A DNA stretch of 63,521 nucleotides, counting the filler. It is 10 parts of 10 records of this genome, joined end to end, with 100 filler letters (N's around TTAATTAATTAA, not from the genome) between each part and the next. Parts side by side here need not be neighbours in the genome. Positions count along the whole stretch, not along the records: positions 17,278 to 24,662 come from SRR7504441_4777; positions 24,763 to 32,231 come from SRR7504441_4778; positions 32,332 to 36,076 come from SRR7504441_4780; 7 more parts are not named here. One strand, written 5' to 3'. Position numbers and translations under genes: made by a program. Positions 22,133 through 32,566 of the stretch are shown piece by piece. Position 1 is the stretch's first letter. Each line of letters starts with the position of its first letter. The notes beneath the pieces are model-generated. The model was given only the letters and a program-made list of their open reading frames with translations, did not search any database and was not told where the DNA came from.

Positions 22133-24637
22133 CTAACGGTGCTTCTTTCGTTTCTTGTCTCGTTGGTCTTCGAATACCTCCTCCTGCGCCCGTCGCTTGT
22201 CATCGCGTCTCGCCTCATTCTCCAACTCATCCCAATCTTTACCCTCCTCTTCATCGTCCTCCTCCTCCTCATCCTCATCATCCTCATCGTGTTCTGACAG
22301 TGATTCTTCATCGTCATCCTCCTCCTCCTCATCGTCGTCTTCCTCATCCTCTTCGTACTCACTCTCATCGTCAGACATTTCTTGCCCCGCTTCGTCGTCT
22401 GATTCTTCGACCAGACCAGACCACCCGCCATCTTCATGGAAACCCTTGGGGTCCTCTTGGATGGTTTTCATCAGCTTTGGCCACGCCAGATTAGCAACGC
22501 CTTCGTAGTACTTTTTGTCGATCGAATCTAGCCAGTTCCTTATGTCCTGAAGCTTGTCACTCGGGATGGTTGTCACCTTCTGCACTGGCCGGGTATAGTC
22601 TGTGAAAACAAACACCAGATCGAAATTCTTGACTCCTGGGATAACTCGCTCGAAATATGCGATTTCGACGTCGTCCAGGGTCATGCAAAAGTAAGGCGGC
22701 TCGATCAAGGCCACAAGAGCATTGACAGTCGGCTTCACCTTTACGAGCGACTTGACTGGCACGCCATCAAATCCGAGCTCAGCGTACGGGATGTCAAACT
22801 CGAGCTTGTACTTGTTGCTCAGCTTGTTCTCGACTTCTTTGATGAACCGCTCGTATTTCCTGTTCATGTCTTGCTTGTGCTTCTTCTCGCGCTGCTCGGA
22901 CTCGATCTCGTCCGGATCCCACATCGAGCTACGCCTGAAGTCCAGCGACTCGTTCGCATCGCCCAGCTCCGTGTAGATTTGAATGTCAGTGTGCCGCTTC
23001 TTACCGACCATGATCGGTTGCTTGAGGTGGAAATGGATCAACACAATCAGCTCATTCTCGGCCGGTTCGTGCAGAGCGTGCTTGATGTTGTTGTACATGA
23101 TGTCAATCTTCTCCTGCTTGTGCGTGGTGAACCGGAACCCGTTGTCGTGAGCTTCTATCGACCCGGTGCTCTTCCGCCCGCTGGCCACTGGCCGCATGTG
23201 CAAGTCTGTCAACTTGGGCAGAGCTCCGCGCCTCGAGATGACCAGCGCCTCCTGTTTATATGCCATGGATTCCTCCTCCTTCTTCTTCTCTTTGTCTCGA
23301 AACCGCTTTTGGACCTCCTTGATGAGCCGCACATTCTTTTCGATGCTCTCCTTATTTCTAGACTTGAACGAGATCTCAGAGATGAAGCTGTAATCGCCCA
23401 TGCTGGTGACTGTTTTGTGGATTGTCTCTCTAAAGCTCACACTGGCCGGAGTGTTAAAAATCAGACGAAGAAAAGTGAGCTGGCCATCATCTCCACCACT
23501 TTTGGTCACATTCTTTACCAAAGAGATGTGGAACGGAGTGATCACTCCATTGATTGGCACCAGGACACACTCATTCCGCGTGTCCACCTGCACAGAATTC
23601 TTCCGCACAAACTGATCTGGATACTCAGCAGAGGACCGATAGGCCACAATTCTTTTGCTTTTGCTCTCCTCTTTCTTTGTGACATTGCCAGCAGCATACC
23701 GCTTTGCTGCGTCCTCCTGCATTTTAGCCTCTAGTTCAGCTTGATGCTGCTGCCTTGCACTGTCGTCAGCTTGGAAATCTGCTTTGGTTGAGCGTGGGCG
23801 AGTCTTGATGACATCGCTCTCCATCTTCGAAGGCTTCTTCTCTGCAACTTCCTCCTCCTCCTGGTTGTTCTTGAATTCGTACGAGACGTCAGCCCACGTA
23901 CTCTTTGCGTCGACTGTCAAAATTTCAGGTTCGCCTTCCGCAACAACAGCCACTGTGTCTGATATCGTCATGGCATAAGTCTTGTGCTTCTCATCTGTTT
24001 CGTTTGCGCGCTCCAAGTTGTTGAAGCCCAGAGACACATTGAACACCATTCCTGCCGCAATCTTCCTGCTATTTTTGGTGTTGAGCAGCGAGCCACTCTC
24101 CCTGAACTCCAGGCCCATCGACCAGCCCACATTCTTCTCTAAACTCTGCTTCAGATCAGGGTTGGAAGATTTCTCAATGTGTGCATCAGCAGCCTTGTGC
24201 ACATCGGCAAAGTCGTTGCCAGGTTTGCAAGCTTCGATGCACGCCTGCTGCGCCCCGAACAGAATCTCGTAGTTATCTTGCATCGCTTGGTCAGGATCGA
24301 TGAAGAAGGTACGTGCAATGTTGGAGCAGTAAGAGCGGTACCGTGCCCCGATCGCACACGTGATCACATGAGCGTCCAGCAACTCGTCGTTGCTTTCGGC
24401 GCCCAACTTGAAGTCGTACTTGCCGCCGCTCTGGATGATCGGCTGGTAGCTCACGTCGATCTGGTCTGCTTTGAGCGTCTTGAGTTTGATCCGCTGCGGG
24501 TTGAAGATGTCGTCCTCGACCGCTTGGGCCAGCTTCGAGTGCTTGATCTGGGTGTCCTCGTCGCAGTGCGCCTCGAACTTCTTGATAAACGAGTGCTGCA
24601 TCGCTTTGGTCGAGACCAGCGCCGCCTTCTTGATCAG
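22133..24637 (-). CDS. SPT16: FACT complex subunit SPT16 (5' part missing)
   Basis: YQPIIQSGGKY, GARYRSYCSNIARTF, VLVPINGVITPFHI, IEAHDNGFRF, EIAYFERV, FHEDGGW and acidic tail; acceptor AG at 24638. Confidence 0.97.
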   Translation of the reverse strand: MIKKAALVSTKAMQHSFIKKFEAHCDEDTQIKHSKLAQAVEDDIFNPQRIKLKTLKADQIDVSYQPIIQSGGKYDFKLGAESNDELLDAHVITCAIGARYRSYCSNIARTFFIDPDQAMQDNYEILFGAQQACIEACKPGNDFADVHKAADAHIEKSSNPDLKQSLEKNVGWSMGLEFRESGSLLNTKNSRKIAAGMVFNVSLGFNNLERANETDEKHKTYAMTISDTVAVVAEGEPEILTVDAKSTWADVSYEFKNNQEEEEVAEKKPSKMESDVIKTRPRSTKADFQADDSARQQHQAELEAKMQEDAAKRYAAGNVTKKEESKSKRIVAYRSSAEYPDQFVRKNSVQVDTRNECVLVPINGVITPFHISLVKNVTKSGGDDGQLTFLRLIFNTPASVSFRETIHKTVTSMGDYSFISEISFKSRNKESIEKNVRLIKEVQKRFRDKEKKKEEESMAYKQEALVISRRGALPKLTDLHMRPVASGRKSTGSIEAHDNGFRFTTHKQEKIDIMYNNIKHALHEPAENELIVLIHFHLKQPIMVGKKRHTDIQIYTELGDANESLDFRRSSMWDPDEIESEQREKKHKQDMNRKYERFIKEVENKLSNKYKLEFDIPYAELGFDGVPVKSLVKVKPTVNALVALIEPPYFCMTLDDVEIAYFERVIPGVKNFDLVFVFTDYTRPVQKVTTIPSDKLQDIRNWLDSIDKKYYEGVANLAWPKLMKTIQEDPKGFHEDGGWSGLVEESDDEAGQEMSDDESEYEEDEEDDDEEEEDDDEESLSEHDEDDEDEEEEDDEEEGKDWDELENEARRDDKRRAQEEVFEDQRDKKRKKHR

Positions 24638-24662
24638 CTACAGATCGGCTGCATAGTGCGAA

Positions 24663-24762
24663 NNNNNNNNNNNNNNNNNNNNNNNNNNNNNNNNNNNNNN
24701 NNNNNNTTAATTAATTAANNNNNNNNNNNNNNNNNNNNNNNNNNNNNNNNNNNNNNNNNNNN
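24663..24762. other. Artificial contig spacer
   Basis: N44-TTAATTAATTAA-N44. Confidence 0.98.
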
Positions 24763-25732
24763 CGGGCTCGGTCCAGTCAAGCTGGCCCAGGAGAGCGGGC
24801 TGACCAACCAGGAGGCGATGGGCGTGCTCAAGCAGTGCGACCCCGGGCGGGCGGCGGCGCGACGGCCGGTTTCTGCGCTGGAGCTGATGAAGACCGACCA
24901 GGCCAGCCGGCGTGTGGTTAGCCTGTGCGAGCCGCTGGACCAACTGCTGGGGGGCGGACTCCAGCCGGGCCAGCTCACCGAGATCTGCGGGCCGCCCGGG
25001 ATCGGCAAGACCCAGCTGTGCATCCAGTTCGCGGTCAATTGCTCGATCCCGGCGGGGCTTGGCGGACTGGACGCGGAGGCGGTGTACATAGACACAGAGG
25101 GCAGCTTCATGATCGAGCGAGTGGTGGACATTGCCCAGGGCACCATCCAGCACATCCAGAACGCGGCCCGCTGCGCCCAGGGCACCCCGGCGGCGCAGAC
25201 TCTGGCCGCGGCCGCGGGGGCTTGCACGCTCGAGCGGGTGCTCGAACGGATCCAGTACTTTAGAACCACAGATCATGTGGAGCTGATGGCGCTGGTTCGC
25301 GCGCTCCCGGAGCTAGTGCCCGGGTTTGAGCGTGTCAAGCTGATTGTACTCGACAGCGTGGCTGCCCCGTTCCGGCAGCAGTTTGATGACATGCGCGCCC
25401 GGACCGCTAACCTGCAGACAATCGCCCAGCAGTTGAGCCAGATCGCTGCTGAGCGGGGGCTCGCCGTGCTGCTCACCAACCACGTGACCACTAAACTCAC
25501 CAACAGCCAGGCGATCGTAGTGCCGGCGCTCGGTGAGACCTGGGCCCACAACGCCAACCATCGGGTCTTCTGCCACTGGCGCGACCAGCAGAGGCACGCG
25601 CTGCTGCTCAAGTCGGCATCCGGTGAGAAGCGGTCCGTCAGCTACGAGGTTGGGGCGCTCGGGGTGCGCGCCGACTCCAAGCGGTCACGCGAGCACGAGA
25701 GTGAGCCGTCTAGCTCGACCCTCTGCCCGTAG
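24763..25732 (+). CDS. RAD51C: RAD51 paralog C (5' end truncated)
   Basis: LDQLLGGG, TEICGPPGIGKTQLC, IP..LGGL..EAVYIDTEGSF, LIVLDSVAAPFR, VPALGETWAH. Confidence 0.9.
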
Positions 25733-26019
25733 GCCAGATATATTCTTATACGTATAAGCAAGCAGCTCCGTGTTGATTGTTCAACCGCTTCGTTCAACAT
25801 TCGTTCAAGGTGCACAACATGCTCGAGGCAAGCTTGCCATTAGTGACATTAGCTAGACATAGCGATGTATTAGCGATATATGGATCCGTGAGACTCACGT
25901 GTCGCCGTGAAACCATAAATAAATATAGATATATAGGGATTTGATCTCGCCTTCATTCATTTGAGAGATATCTTATACAATAGGAATACATGTATAGTGT
26001 CAAAACCCATTCAGGGATT

Positions 26020-28461
26020 TTAGGCGGTCATCTTGATGGAGCCAGAGTTGCCAATGGCCTGGCTTGAACTTCGCTTACTCGCACTCGCCCCTGGTTCAAA
26101 GAGCACCACAACCAAGCTTGTATACTTGATTGCTCCAGCTCCGCTAGCGCTGACTGGACCGCGATTTGACGCCCAAGTCAGGGTCTTAGTACCATCGTCC
26201 CAAGAGTACGTCGTCTTGCGCACCGCATCAGCCTTTGCCTCGCTCTTATAGTCGAGCGTAGAGCCGTCATCTTCGTACATCGTGAAATGGCCATCTGCGC
26301 CGCCGTAGACTTGGACTTGTAGCGCACCGCCCTGAGCCTCGGACCACTGGACTACTTCCTGGTTGAGTGTCAACACCGCCCCCGCTCGGACATACACCGG
26401 AAAGTCGGTGATAGCCAGGTTGCTCTCTGTATGCACCGCGTCGCCCTTGACAGTGGCCGTGCTGTTGAATGTGTACCACATTCCAGGCGGCAGAGCAACT
26501 GTCGACGAGTTCTCCGTCTTGGCAGCGCCGTCTTTAAAGCCCAAGTCGGCGAGCACAATGTGACTGCCAAACATGTACGTATGCCATGTTCCCCACTCGT
26601 CAGATGGCTCTGGTTGCGGGTGAGTCCAGCCCGGGAACTCAAACAACGCGGGACGGGCGATCGGCTTGCCCTCCTCGTGAGCGACGTGCGCCAAGGAGTA
26701 AACATAAGGGATAAAGTGGTACCGCATATCGAGAGCCTGCCGAAACGCGACGCAGTGCTCGGGCCCAGATTGGCCGGCGCCTCCACGCGCGCCGTCGCAC
26801 CAGAGGTACGGGAAGCGCGGGACTCCATGCATCTGGTGTACTCTCATGATCGGCGAGAAAACTGCGTTCTGGTATTGTCTGACAAGATCGGTTGGGCTGC
26901 TGGAGGTCATGTCACACTCATGGAACGGCTGTCCGTACATGCTGAAGCGGAGCATCACCTCGTGGAAGCAGTCCTGCCTGTCGCCAGTCCATGTGGTGGC
27001 CGGGAAGCGCTGCATGCCCGGCGTGAAGGCCCGGTTGATGGTAAAGAAGCGCTGGTTGGGCCGGGCCCTCTCCCACTGGGCCTGCTGGGCCAGATTCCAG
27101 TAGTAGTAAGTGTACCATTGGGTCTCGCCCTCGTCGTTCCACCAAAAGTCCACACCGTCCTCCAGGAAGTGCAAGTGCTTCTCCGTATACCAGCTCCGCA
27201 AGCTATCCACCGTGTAGTTCCAGTTGCTGCCACCTGCCCCCACGTTTGTATCGGCGGCGAGCATCCAGCCGTTCGTGGCAGACATGTTGACGTTACTGTA
27301 AGATCGGGGCTTCCGAATACCGGCCCATTTCATGTTGCGGTTCTCGTGGAAATGGCTCAGCACCTCCTTAGGGCTGTTGGTTTTCACTGGCTGGCCGTTT
27401 ACTTCAAAAGTGTTATTCGCCCATTTCGCCCCCTCGTACCCATAGTCGCCACAGTAGAGGCCACCCTGATCGCTGAGAGGGCAGGAGCTCTGGCCAGTGT
27501 GCGTGCAGCCCGGGGCGCAGGGGCCCGGGCCAAACCAATCGTAATCCATGATGAACGAGTCAATCGGGTACTTGCCCTCTCTCATGGCCGTCATGTTTGT
27601 GTCGACCATCCCCAGCGACTCATAGCCCCAATATGTAGCCATGAACCCCATGGCGTAGCGCGGCGGCACCCCGGGGGCGCCGATAATGTCGTACAGGTTC
27701 GACGTGAAGTCGTAGCCGCCCTTGCTAGGTGAAAGATACCAGTCAGCAGCCCGGCCAGCCACCCACCAGCCCGCACGCCCGGCAGGCGGCGCCGGCGGAG
27801 GCGGTGTTGCAACCCGTGCTTTCCGCTGCGCCGCGCCCAGCGCCACGTTGACCCAGTCACGGCTCGGGTCGCCGTAGCCGCCAGCCTCGTCGGCAAACCC
27901 TGCCGGGTAGCAGTGAACGTACTTCTTCTGCGGCTGGGCCGGGTCGCTATCCCACGGGGACACCGCAAAGGCAAGGAAGCCCGCTTCGCTATCCCAGTAG
28001 TAGTTGGGTGCGAAGATACCGTTGGCGAGGCACGGCTCGGCACCGCCGTGCATGGTCCTGTTCTTAACTGGCAGCTGGATCGTGCCGATGCCGTCGTTGG
28101 TCAGCACCGGCGCCGAGCCTTCCAGGATTGTGGCGTTCGCCGCATCGTACAGCGCCCAGTCGCCGGCAGGCGAGACCAGCAGCGCGCCAAAGGACGTGGA
28201 GATGCCGCTACGCCCGCCCCAGCTGACAGAGGTCGAGGGCGCAGCCGGCGTGGCCTCCACGCTGGCGGAGGGCAGGGCGGAGACGCCGCCCGGTTTGGTG
28301 GTGTCGGTCTCGAAGCTCACCCCTAGGCGGAAGCTGGAGCTTGAACCGACAGCCGCAACGAGTCTGCCGCCACGCGGGAGCGCCACGGCGACCGGCTCAG
28401 CCGTCGACGCCGCCACGCCGCTCACGAGCAACACGACCCAGCTCGCGGGGCTACGGGGCAT
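26020..28461 (-). CDS. Secreted glycoside hydrolase family 31
   Basis: Signal peptide; PPRYAMGF, MDYDW, nucleophile motif FWWNDEGE, WTGD, MRVH, FPVYVRAGA, YEDDG; intronless. Confidence 0.92.
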   Translation of the reverse strand: MPRSPASWVVLLVSGVAASTAEPVAVALPRGGRLVAAVGSSSSFRLGVSFETDTTKPGGVSALPSASVEATPAAPSTSVSWGGRSGISTSFGALLVSPAGDWALYDAANATILEGSAPVLTNDGIGTIQLPVKNRTMHGGAEPCLANGIFAPNYYWDSEAGFLAFAVSPWDSDPAQPQKKYVHCYPAGFADEAGGYGDPSRDWVNVALGAAQRKARVATPPPPAPPAGRAGWWVAGRAADWYLSPSKGGYDFTSNLYDIIGAPGVPPRYAMGFMATYWGYESLGMVDTNMTAMREGKYPIDSFIMDYDWFGPGPCAPGCTHTGQSSCPLSDQGGLYCGDYGYEGAKWANNTFEVNGQPVKTNSPKEVLSHFHENRNMKWAGIRKPRSYSNVNMSATNGWMLAADTNVGAGGSNWNYTVDSLRSWYTEKHLHFLEDGVDFWWNDEGETQWYTYYYWNLAQQAQWERARPNQRFFTINRAFTPGMQRFPATTWTGDRQDCFHEVMLRFSMYGQPFHECDMTSSSPTDLVRQYQNAVFSPIMRVHQMHGVPRFPYLWCDGARGGAGQSGPEHCVAFRQALDMRYHFIPYVYSLAHVAHEEGKPIARPALFEFPGWTHPQPEPSDEWGTWHTYMFGSHIVLADLGFKDGAAKTENSSTVALPPGMWYTFNSTATVKGDAVHTESNLAITDFPVYVRAGAVLTLNQEVVQWSEAQGGALQVQVYGGADGHFTMYEDDGSTLDYKSEAKADAVRKTTYSWDDGTKTLTWASNRGPVSASGAGAIKYTSLVVVLFEPGASASKRSSSQAIGNSGSIKMTA

Positions 28462-28558
28462 CACCGTGCTTGGCTGCTTGCGAGGCCGTTTTAACGGACT
28501 TTCATCCGGAGATCCCGGAGGAGCTGCTGCCCGAGGGTGGTCCTCCCCGCGGCAGTGC

Positions 28559-31030
28559 ATGGAGCAGTGTACGATCTCGCTCAGCCTGACCGGCCGGTAC
28601 GCCCAGTCTTGGGGCGTGTGGGAAGGGGTGCGCGAGCTGGTCCAGAACTGGCTCGATGGCCTGCTCCCGCCCGACCCGGCTGCACGGCTCGTGCTAAGCG
28701 AGGCGCCGGACAGCAGGCCGGAGGAGCAGCGGTTCGTTGCGGCCGAGGCCGGCGGGCCGGTACGCGGCTGGCTGAGCTACTCAGCGGCCCAGGCGAGGCT
28801 GACACTGGTCAACAGCCAGGTGGCCCTCGGACGGCGGGTGCTGCTGCTCGGCTATTCGAGCAAGCCGGACGGCCGGGCCATTGGCCAGTTCGGGGAGGGG
28901 CTCAAGGTGGGGGCGCTCGCGCTGATCCGGGCTGGGCTGGAGGTGACGATGGCCACCGCCGCTGAGGAGTGGGCGTTCGTGCTGGCGCCGGACCCAGGCT
29001 TTGGCGGCGAGCCGGTGCTGACAGTTGTGGTGCGGGAGAGAGGCGAGGCCGAGAGGGAGCAAGCCCTGGAGCGGGAGTTGCTGGAGGCAGCGCCGGACGC
29101 GCAGTCTGTGCAGCACGAGGACACGGTGACGGTCCTGCAGGGGCTGCGACCGGAGGAGTGGGGCCGGGCGCGGGGGCGGATCCTGCAGCTGAGCCCGCCG
29201 GCCGACTCCGTGGAGCTCCAGGGGCTAGGCCGGCTGATTCTTGATCCGTTAATGGCCGGTCAGCTGTACGTCAAGGGGATATGGCTGGCCGACTGGTCGG
29301 GGCATGGGCTGCGCGCGGGCGTGGACTTTGGGAAGGGGATTCAAGTTGACCGGGACAGAGTGGCGGCCGTGCAGGCGAGCGAGGTAGAGCACCAAGTGAG
29401 CTCGATGTGGCTCGGAGCAATCGGAATCAGACCCGAACTGCTCCCGAGATACGTTCAGGTGCGGCCACCGCCCGTGCCGCCTTTCATGGCTTTGCAGATG
29501 CTCCAAGAAGGATCCGCCGCGGACATTAAGCACGCTTCGTTCTATGCCGACGATGCGGTGGCTGTGGGAGTAGCCGAATTTTTCTTTAGCGAGCATGACG
29601 ACGCAGTGCCGATCTGCATAGAGGCAGAGGGCGGTATCCAACAAGCCACGAGGAAGCTGCAGGAAGTGGAACGCGAGCTGAACAAGCGCGCGGTGGTGGT
29701 GGCCGGCTGGGCGAGTGAGGCCGCTGATTGGCTCCAGGTGCACCAGTGCTTGTACGATCTGCTCAAGCTCAGCGGCAAGGGGCCAGGGAGCTATGAGCAG
29801 CTGCTCGCAGAGTAAGTCACCGCACGTGTCTGCCGAGTGACCAGCGAGCTGCAGGCATAGGAAGCAGTCTACTCGCTTCGTGCCGCATGATGAGCTCTCG
29901 CTTAGCCAGCACAGTACGCTCACGCACGCAGTCGCTCTCGTGCAGTTAGTCTGGCAGGCCTTCAGCCTAGCGATTGTCGACGTCTTCTCGTCGGGCCAAG
30001 AAGAAGCTCAGGACGACCTGGGCTTGCTTGGCGCCTCGCCACGCACACACCTAGTCGATGGCCGAGTCCGTGTGCCCATGGCAGCGCTTGCAACAGAGCC
30101 TGAGGTTGTGGTCGAGTCTGCTGTCGAACTCGCGGCCGGCGTGCTCGCCAGCGGGCTTGTCACCGACGGTCCGCAGGAGAAGTTGGTGCTGAAGATGGCG
30201 GTCGGGCTGGCTAGCAAGCAGTGCACGCACGAGCCGTTTTGCTTACAGACTTGCGACGGCGACATCGCTACACGAAACGCCAGCTATAACGAGCACGCAG
30301 CGGCGCTCTATGTGGGGCTGGCCGCTGCGGAAGCAAAGATTGAGGCTAAGGAGGAAGAGCATCAGCGGGACTTCAAGCGGCTGAAGCTGGAGTTGCAGGC
30401 TGCCCAGGCGGAGATATCACGCAGCCAAGTGGATGAGGTCAACCAGCAGGTGAGTAAGTTGCTGGCGAGCGGCTGACTGGTGGCGCAGGCTCGGGCGCTG
30501 GAGCACGCGCAAGCCGCTGTTAAGATAGAACTGCAGCAGCATGTAGCTAAGATCGGCATGCAGGAGGAGAAGCTGCAGGCGAGTGAAGCTCGCAGAGACG
30601 CACTCGAGGGCTCGCTGGTGGCCTGCAGAGCGGAGCACGCGAGGGAGTTGGAGGGACTTGGGCGCCGGTTGGAGGTGGCGAGGCACGCGCCAAGTGTCCT
30701 GCTGAGTTGGCTGGGCAGGCGAGTGAGAAGCAGCTGGGCGCTTACAGGAGTGCGCTGATTAAGCGATGCGAGTTGTTGCACACGCTGGTATCAGAAGAAG
30801 CTCCTTCAGAGCTGGAGAGCCGGAGTATGCTGAAGGCATCGATGGCACTACTAGAAGAGCTGCGTGAGGAACAGAACCGCAATCAGTGTAGCGTATGTAT
30901 GATGCAGGAGATCAATTGTGTGCTGATGCCCTGCCGTCACCGAGCGATCTGCACGAGTTGCAGCAAAGCAGTTTCTCGTTGCCCGCTCTGTCGCGCTGCC
31001 ATACAAGATCGGCTCACGGTGTTTGGCTAG
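28559..31030 (+). CDS. GHKL-fold ATPase + coiled coil + C-terminal RING (C3HC4) protein
   Basis: WEGVRELVQNWLDG, LLGYSSK, IGQFGEGLKVG; CSVC..CVLMPCRHRAICTSC...CPLC; introns 29459-29497, ~29699-29737, 29812-29854, 30450-30488, 30675-30718 give one frame. Confidence 0.78.
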
Positions 31031-31266
31031 CGCTTAAATAAACATTTGAACTTAATTAAGGATACCATCATGTACATGTCGCAGTAGCAATAGATCGAAA
31101 GTTGTATACATGTGATGCGTTTTTGGATTATCCCGTACAGTACATGTACACTTTATACAATACATTTATCGTACACATCGATCGTACATCGATCGTATGT
31201 AAAACAGGCTTGTATATTGTAGGGAAGCACGTCAAGCCTATCCGGCCAGTCTTTGTATACCGTACG

Positions 31267-32231
31267 CTATTCTTCCTCGACGTCGTGCAAATCGATTGAA
31301 TTCACACAGATGTGGGAATATGACTCCGCGGTTGTCTCGGCTGCCACTCCGATGACCACATCGGTCGGCACCTTCGGAGCGCCAGACAACGTAAACTGGC
31401 TAATCACCTCCTCGTCGGCCACCTTCACGGTGATCGTATGCTCTTGGACATCAAACTGCATGTACACCTGCCGCCACTCTGGCTGTTCGTCCCCGTCCTC
31501 GTCCGGTTCCATCGGAGTGAGCGGATCACACGGCAGTGGGGCTTTGGTGAGGACATCGCCTTTGGGTGTGATAATCACCAGATGATTCTTTTCTCCACAG
31601 AACTCGCCAGAAATATCAAATACCACCCCAAGCAGGGCCGACGGCTTGCTCGCCAGCCTGCCATCATGTCATTTCAAGCAATGCCTACACAGACCCTACA
31701 GTCCCGTCGCTGCCCGGCCACATCCTTGGGAACTTGCGGTCCCATCCGGCCACCTCTGGGTTCAGCAGATACACACACAGCCTGTCCTAGCCCGCTCCCG
31801 ACCAGCCCTGCCCGGGGGCTTCACCCTGCGCCTGCCCGTTCCGGCTCGGGGTTGTCTGTCTCAAGCACGTACTCGAAAAATGCCTCGATCTGACTGTTCT
31901 CCGTATCGAACGCCACCTGGACGCCGCAGTGAGGCCAGCCGATAATGTTATCACCCGGCAGAGCACGTGCCCGCTCTGGGGCTCGGGCTTGTCCTGGGTC
32001 AGCTCGAAGCCAAAGTCCACAATCGCTCCGCCAGCGCACCGCCAGTCGCCTGGCTCGTGCACCTGCTCCATCTCTTCCTCGCCTAGCACATAGTCGGTGC
32101 AGCCGGCTGGAATCTTCCCATCGTCCGCCTCGGCCTCTTCCTTGGCCTTCTTGTCTGCCTCTTCCTTGGCTAGCCGATCGGCCTCTTCCTTGGCTAGTCG
32201 ATCGGCTTCCTCGGCTGCGAGTCGAGCTGCC
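31267..32231 (-). CDS. ConA/L-type lectin-like domain protein preceded by charged EEADRLAK repeats (5' truncated)
   Basis: Introns 31917-31954, 31782-31824, 31658-31694 give GAGLCVYLL...LLGVVFDISG...NHLVI...WRQVYMQFD. Confidence 0.6.
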
Positions 32232-32331
32232 NNNNNNNNNNNNNNNNNNNNNNNNNNNNNNNNNNNNNNNNNNNNTTAATTAATTAANNNNNNNNNNNNN
32301 NNNNNNNNNNNNNNNNNNNNNNNNNNNNNNN
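32232..32331. other. Artificial contig spacer
   Basis: N44-TTAATTAATTAA-N44. Confidence 0.98.
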
Positions 32332-32415
32332 GCCGGCAGCCCGGTCTGGGAGCACTCGGCGGCGGCACCGGTCGAGCAGCTCGGCCGCGGTCTCGTCGAT
32401 CGTCAGGTCGCCCAT
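32332..32415 (-). CDS. N-terminus of an unidentified gene
   Basis: ATG (MGDLTIDETAAELL) open to the contig end, divergent from the next gene. Confidence 0.4.
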
Positions 32416-32566
32416 AGCGCTCGGCTTAAAGCGGGCAGTCCGAGCTCGCCTCGGTCTCTGGTACAACAAGTAGAGTTAGTACCAGGTAGACTAACAGACA
32501 GCGCTGCGTTGGCCTGAGCCCTCCTCTTGAAGCCTGGAGCTCGACTTTTGAGACACTTTCCGAGGC

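Noticed and set aside
22240-22400. (TCC/TCA)n microsatellite-like tract
   Set aside because: Encodes the normal acidic tail of SPT16.
22133-25732. SPT16 next to RAD51C as a functional cluster
   Set aside because: They are separated by an artificial spacer and lie on different contigs.
26431-27732. Long antisense or alternative-frame ORFs (also 22871-23734, 45690-47057, 47842-49050, 14950-15869)
   Set aside because: Shadow ORFs of GC-rich coding sequence with no recognisable motifs.
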